From a virus (Duplodnaviria; Caudoviricetes): 64,000 bases of DNA. Positions within the stretch are counted from its first letter, which is position 1; the number at the start of each line of letters is the position of its first letter. The stretch lies in IMG/VR virus record IMGVR_UViG_3300049740_002155; one strand, written 5' to 3'. The position numbers were made by a program, and so were the translations under genes. Shown piece by piece: positions 60,366 through 64,000 of this stretch. Under the pieces are notes generated by a model. The model had not been told where the DNA came from. It worked only from the letters and a program-made list of their open reading frames with translations, and searched no databases.

Positions 60366-60707
60366 ATGAAGTCTGATAAATTAAAAAACCAAGTTCTTTC
60401 TATTTTTGAAGAAATTAAACAAGATAAACAAACCGACTTGCAATTAGAAGGTTTAAAAGGTGCGTATGCTAAGTTGGCAAAGTTTTTGTTACAACAAGTA
60501 AAAGCAGGTAAATTTCTTAGAAATTACGACATTGAAGATAATGCAGGTCGTATGGTGTTCCAAACAGGTAGTGGAAAGAAAATTGTATTCAATGATATGA
60601 AACTTGGAGTTACTTTAAACAAAACATGGAAAGGTAAAAAGTCTAACGAGTTTTTTAATTATAATGATCACAAGGGTATTTTAAAATTTGCTCTTGCTGA
60701 CATTTAA
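60366..60707 (+). CDS. Hypothetical late protein
   Basis: 113-aa ORF, ATATTTAT at 60352, LQLE|G site. Confidence 0.7.
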   Translation: MKSDKLKNQVLSIFEEIKQDKQTDLQLEGLKGAYAKLAKFLLQQVKAGKFLRNYDIEDNAGRMVFQTGSGKKIVFNDMKLGVTLNKTWKGKKSNEFFNYNDHKGILKFALADI

Positions 60708-60736
60708 TATATATTTTTTTTGAAAAAATTTTTTTC

Positions 60737-60765
60737 TTGTATATGTATATATATTGGTATATATT
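60737..60765 (+). promoter_or_regulatory. Putative sigma70-type promoter
   Basis: TTGTAT-17bp-TATATT upstream of 60795, in very AT-rich context. Confidence 0.4.
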
Positions 60766-60794
60766 ATACTTCAATTTAAATAAAGGTTACAATT

Positions 60795-61724
60795 ATGAGT
60801 GATGATAAATCAGTAGAATTACCTCCTGAGGTAAAGCAAGCATTACAACGTGATGCTAATGAACAAAAACAAGCAAATAAGAATTTGCAAGAAACGAATA
60901 TAAATCAACAAACTCAGTCGACACAGACATTTACTCAACAAACAGATTCTCCCAAGAAGTTTGAGTTTCCAAGTGAGGTAGTTGATTTGCCAAGTCAAGG
61001 TTGGTTTTATGATCCAACATCTCCATTGGCAAGTGGAAAAATTGATATTAAATACATGACTGCACGTGAGGAAGATATTCTTACGAGTCAGAATCTTATT
61101 AAGAAGGGTGTTGTTCTTGATAAATTGCTTGAAGCACTTATCGTTACACCGAATGTAAAACTTAATGAAATTTTGGTCGGAGATAAAAATGCTATATTTG
61201 TGGCTGCTCGTATTCTTGCGTATGGAAAAGACTATAAAGTAAAATTTAAAGACCCATCAAATAACGAAGATGTAGAAGACACGATTGATTTATCAAAAAT
61301 CGAACCAAAGGAATTTGATTTTGAACAATATGATCGTGGTTCTAATTTGTTTTCGTTTGAACTTCCATTTAGCAAAAAAAATATTCATTGGAGTTTGTTA
61401 ACACACCAAGACGAACAGAATATTGATGCTGAATTGAAAAGCATGAAAAAGTTTTCAAAGAATAAACACGAAACAACCGAGGTAACTACTCGTTTAAAGT
61501 ATGTTATCAAAGCAATTGACGGAGACGAAGACAAAACTAAAATCAAGCAGTTTGTTGATCGTGACCTTCTTGCACGTGATAGTTTGGCATTTCGTGAGTA
61601 TATTAAAGAAAATACACCTGACTTGGATATGACATTTAACTTTGAATCGGAAGACACCGGATATACTGAAAGGATGACGATCCCACTTGGGGTCGACTTT
61701 TTTTACCCTTCCAGCCGAGTATAA
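60795..61724 (+). CDS. Baseplate hub assembly protein / tail assembly chaperone (gp26-like)
   Basis: VDLPSQG..Y, IKYMTAREEDILT, GDKNAIFVAARILAYG and LARDSLAFR..I....PD.D. Confidence 0.8.
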   Translation: MSDDKSVELPPEVKQALQRDANEQKQANKNLQETNINQQTQSTQTFTQQTDSPKKFEFPSEVVDLPSQGWFYDPTSPLASGKIDIKYMTAREEDILTSQNLIKKGVVLDKLLEALIVTPNVKLNEILVGDKNAIFVAARILAYGKDYKVKFKDPSNNEDVEDTIDLSKIEPKEFDFEQYDRGSNLFSFELPFSKKNIHWSLLTHQDEQNIDAELKSMKKFSKNKHETTEVTTRLKYVIKAIDGDEDKTKIKQFVDRDLLARDSLAFREYIKENTPDLDMTFNFESEDTGYTERMTIPLGVDFFYPSSRV

Positions 61725-61968
61725 GGTTCAACTTCACGAAGAGATTTTTAATCTCTCGTATTATAGTCAAGGTGGATTTACACAAGATGTTGTGTATAAT
61801 CTTCCGATTTATCTTAGAAGATTTTATATCAAGAAATTGGTGGATGTCCGAAAGAAAGAAAATGAAGAAGCAGAAAAAGCACAAGCAAAAGCAAAGTCTG
61901 GTGCAAGAACACCATCTAAACCTTCTACGTCAAGACCAAGTATGCCTAGTCGCAGAACATACAGATAA
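61687..61968 (+). CDS. gp51-like/chaperone partner ORF overlapping the gp26-like gene (possible frameshift product)
   Basis: No early ATG; the FFTL...EEIF.L.YYSQGGF...VYNLPI.LRRFY..KL pattern begins inside the upstream ORF at a T7 run. Confidence 0.7.
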   Translation: MGSTFFTLPAEYKVQLHEEIFNLSYYSQGGFTQDVVYNLPIYLRRFYIKKLVDVRKKENEEAEKAQAKAKSGARTPSKPSTSRPSMPSRRTYR

Positions 61969-62056
61969 CCTTTCATAAAGTAACTTAAATTACAGAAGTC
62001 GTATATTTATCAATATATACGACTTTTTGTATTTATAACCTACACTTAAAAACAAT

Positions 62057-62359
62057 ATGGAAAAGAAACAATTATCAGAAGAGCAACAATTAAATGAATT
62101 TGTTGGAAAAATTGCGGCCGCAATGTTTACTAAAAAAGCAGACAAAATTGTAAAAGCAACAAAAAACAATCCAAAAATTTATAATGCCTTATCACAATAT
62201 AAAAAAGACCTTGAAGATTTTCGTGCGAGAATGAAAAAATTAGGAGTAAGCAGTTCAGAAGATTTAATAGCTGCGGTTAACAAGGACCCGAATGTTCCAA
62301 ACATAGAAGATCCAAGAGATAGACGAAAAAGAATAAGACGTGAACTTGGTCTTGACTAA
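62057..62359 (+). CDS. Hypothetical late protein
   Basis: 100-aa ORF with QQLNE|F; ATATTTAT at 62003. Confidence 0.7.
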   Translation: MEKKQLSEEQQLNEFVGKIAAAMFTKKADKIVKATKNNPKIYNALSQYKKDLEDFRARMKKLGVSSSEDLIAAVNKDPNVPNIEDPRDRRKRIRRELGLD

Positions 62360-62375
62360 CTAAAGTAATCAAATT

Positions 62376-64000
62376 GTGGCAGATTTAGATGACATCAAGG
62401 ATGATTTAAAGGATGTAGTAGATATATCCAAAATGATTTCTGGTGTCATGGCAGGTGACGTAGAAACTTCCTTGGGTGGAGTTGATGACAAAGTAAAAGA
62501 AATTCAAGGTGCGATATCCGATGCATACGAAACAGGTCAAACGTTTACTATTGAAAATACTACATTTGATACAATGCAAAGAATGCTTGGTAATTCACAA
62601 ACAATACTTGCAAATACAATTCCACTAGCAACTCAATTTACAGAACAATTGATGGGTGCATCGGATACGGCAGAAATGCTTACAAGTATTCAGGATGCAG
62701 GAACTCAGTTTCAACAACAAAAAGTTGATTTACAAAATGAATTAACTACAAATACAGGACTTACGGCAAATAAAGTTGATGAAATACAAGCAAAACTTGC
62801 TCAATTTAGTGAAGTTGAAAAATTCCTTCAATCTTTAGAATCATCGGTGTCTGCAACAAGTAATTTAGATGATGCTATAAATGTTGCGTATGGTTCTATG
62901 GAAACTTTTATAGATACTCAAACTACATCACTCGAAAAAGTAAATGCGTTACAGGATGAATTAAGACGCATAGAATCAGCTGTAACTGATATAAGTTCAA
63001 AAACAATTTCATTTAATCCGGTGGTGGATACAAGTGCATTGACAAATGCTTCGGAAAAAATAAAAGAAATTGAGAGCAATGTAGCAGGTGGTAACATTAT
63101 GGCAAACCTGGAAATAACAGGTGATAATGAAATAGAAAAATTAAAAGGGGATTTGGCAGCCGCACAAAACGGAGCAACAGCACTATCAGACGCCGCAAAC
63201 GATTTTCGTAAAAGTTTAATAGGAGTATCAACAGAAAGTGAAGCACTTGCTAAAATTGAAGATGCTAGAAAAATTGCAAACCAAACAATAAGTGAAATTA
63301 CCTCAGCTATGCCATCACAACAAGCCGCAGTAGATTCCGCAAGCAAAACACTTGAAATTGAAAAAGCAAGACTTAATGCGTTACCTGCAGGAACCTTAGC
63401 ATATGAAACACAAAAAGCACGAATGGAAGAAGTGGAAGTAACCCACATACGAGCAGTTAATGCAGTAAAATCCCAACAAGCAGAATTGGCAGAGGTTCAA
63501 CGATTCGGAAAAGATTATCTTGATCAACAATCCATGTCGTTGGCCAATGCGGAAAATATTGCATCTGGTATTGCAGAAATAAAAGGAAATACATCCGATT
63601 TAATTTCTGAAACGAGTAATTATCAAACCGAACTACAAAAATCTCAAGATAAACTAGATCAATATGGAGAGAAATATCGTAAACTTGTTAAAGAACTAGG
63701 TCCTACATTTGATTCAGCTGCAAAAGGAATAGATTCAGCAAAGGAAAGTATATTGGGTATTGCTGGTAGTATTCCAATATTTGGTGGAATGATAGAAAAC
63801 AATTTAAGAAAACCTTTTGAAGATGCTTCTAAAGAAATAACATTAGGATTGGGAGAAGGATTTAAAGCATTTACACAAGTTATATCAGACAAAGGTTCGG
63901 TGACAGATGCAATGACCGCAGGTTTTGAAAAAATGTCACAGGCAATCAAATCTGCCGGTGCAGCTTTGAAAGCTGCTTTCTCGGGTCCTATGTTATTGAT
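62376..64000 (+). CDS. Tape measure protein (3'-truncated by window end)
   Basis: GTG start (MADLDDIKDDLKD...). The frame appears open to the window end, is helical and A/Q/E/K-rich with later Gly/Ala-rich segments, and lies downstream of tube and chaperone genes. Confidence 0.75.
   Translation, partial: MADLDDIKDDLKDVVDISKMISGVMAGDVETSLGGVDDKVKEIQGAISDAYETGQTFTIENTTFDTMQRMLGNSQTILANTIPLATQFTEQLMGASDTAEMLTSIQDAGTQFQQQKVDLQNELTTNTGLTANKVDEIQAKLAQFSEVEKFLQSLESSVSATSNLDDAINVAYGSMETFIDTQTTSLEKVNALQDELRRIESAVTDISSKTISFNPVVDTSALTNASEKIKEIESNVAGGNIMANLEITGDNEIEKLKGDLAAAQNGATALSDAANDFRKSLIGVSTESEALAKIEDARKIANQTISEITSAMPSQQAAVDSASKTLEIEKARLNALPAGTLAYETQKARMEEVEVTHIRAVNAVKSQQAELAEVQRFGKDYLDQQSMSLANAENIASGIAEIKGNTSDLISETSNYQTELQKSQDKLDQYGEKYRKLVKELGPTFDSAAKGIDSAKESILGIAGSIPIFGGMIENNLRKPFEDASKEITLGLGEGFKAFTQVISDKGSVTDAMTAGFEKMSQAIKSAGAALKAAFSGPMLL

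Noticed and set aside
3493-63949. Numerous minus-strand ORFs of 60-209 aa in the ORF track
   Set aside because: All lie antisense to long, motif-bearing + strand genes and have shadow-type composition. No supported minus-strand gene was seen.
1-64000. Stop-codon reassignment, as in some large phages
   Set aside because: Core genes (MCP, portal, terminase, sheath, 3088-aa gene) are intact in code 11, and both TAG and TGA act as real stops at gene boundaries.
1-64000. tRNA genes, CRISPR array, integrase/transposase, DGR reverse transcriptase
   Set aside because: Intergenic gaps are short and AT-rich with only terminators and promoter motifs. No cloverleaf, spacer-repeat array or corresponding protein motif was recognised.

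Overview
A 64-kb, AT-rich segment of a large T4-like (contractile-tail) bacteriophage, read entirely on the + strand in the standard genetic code. From left to right it holds a gp55-like late sigma factor and a baseplate module (gp5-like hub, gp25, gp6, a 3088-aa wedge-like protein, LamG and FG-GAP/dockerin proteins). Next come a small recombination/replication island (RuvC-like resolvase, primase, a split gp47/Mre11 fused to gp46/Rad50) and a block of probable head-packaged proteins. The head genes (terminase, portal, prohead protease, scaffold, major capsid), neck genes, tail sheath and tube, baseplate-hub chaperones and the start of the tape measure follow. Top candidate for a new system: modular proteins punctuated by prohead-protease-type (I/L/V)-x-E sites that carry a Pnk/zeta-like P-loop kinase, a HIGH-type nucleotidyltransferase and an RNA-ligase-like (KxDG) domain. 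These may be a virion-delivered nucleotide or RNA-repair kit. Other highlights: an Mre11 nuclease gene split by a GT9 glycosyltransferase, two candidate frameshifts (an A10 run at 664-673 and a T7 run at 61698-61704), and a recurrent ATATTTAT late-promoter motif that is nearly the reverse complement of the T4 late promoter. All annotations come from motif recognition by eye; no database searches were run.
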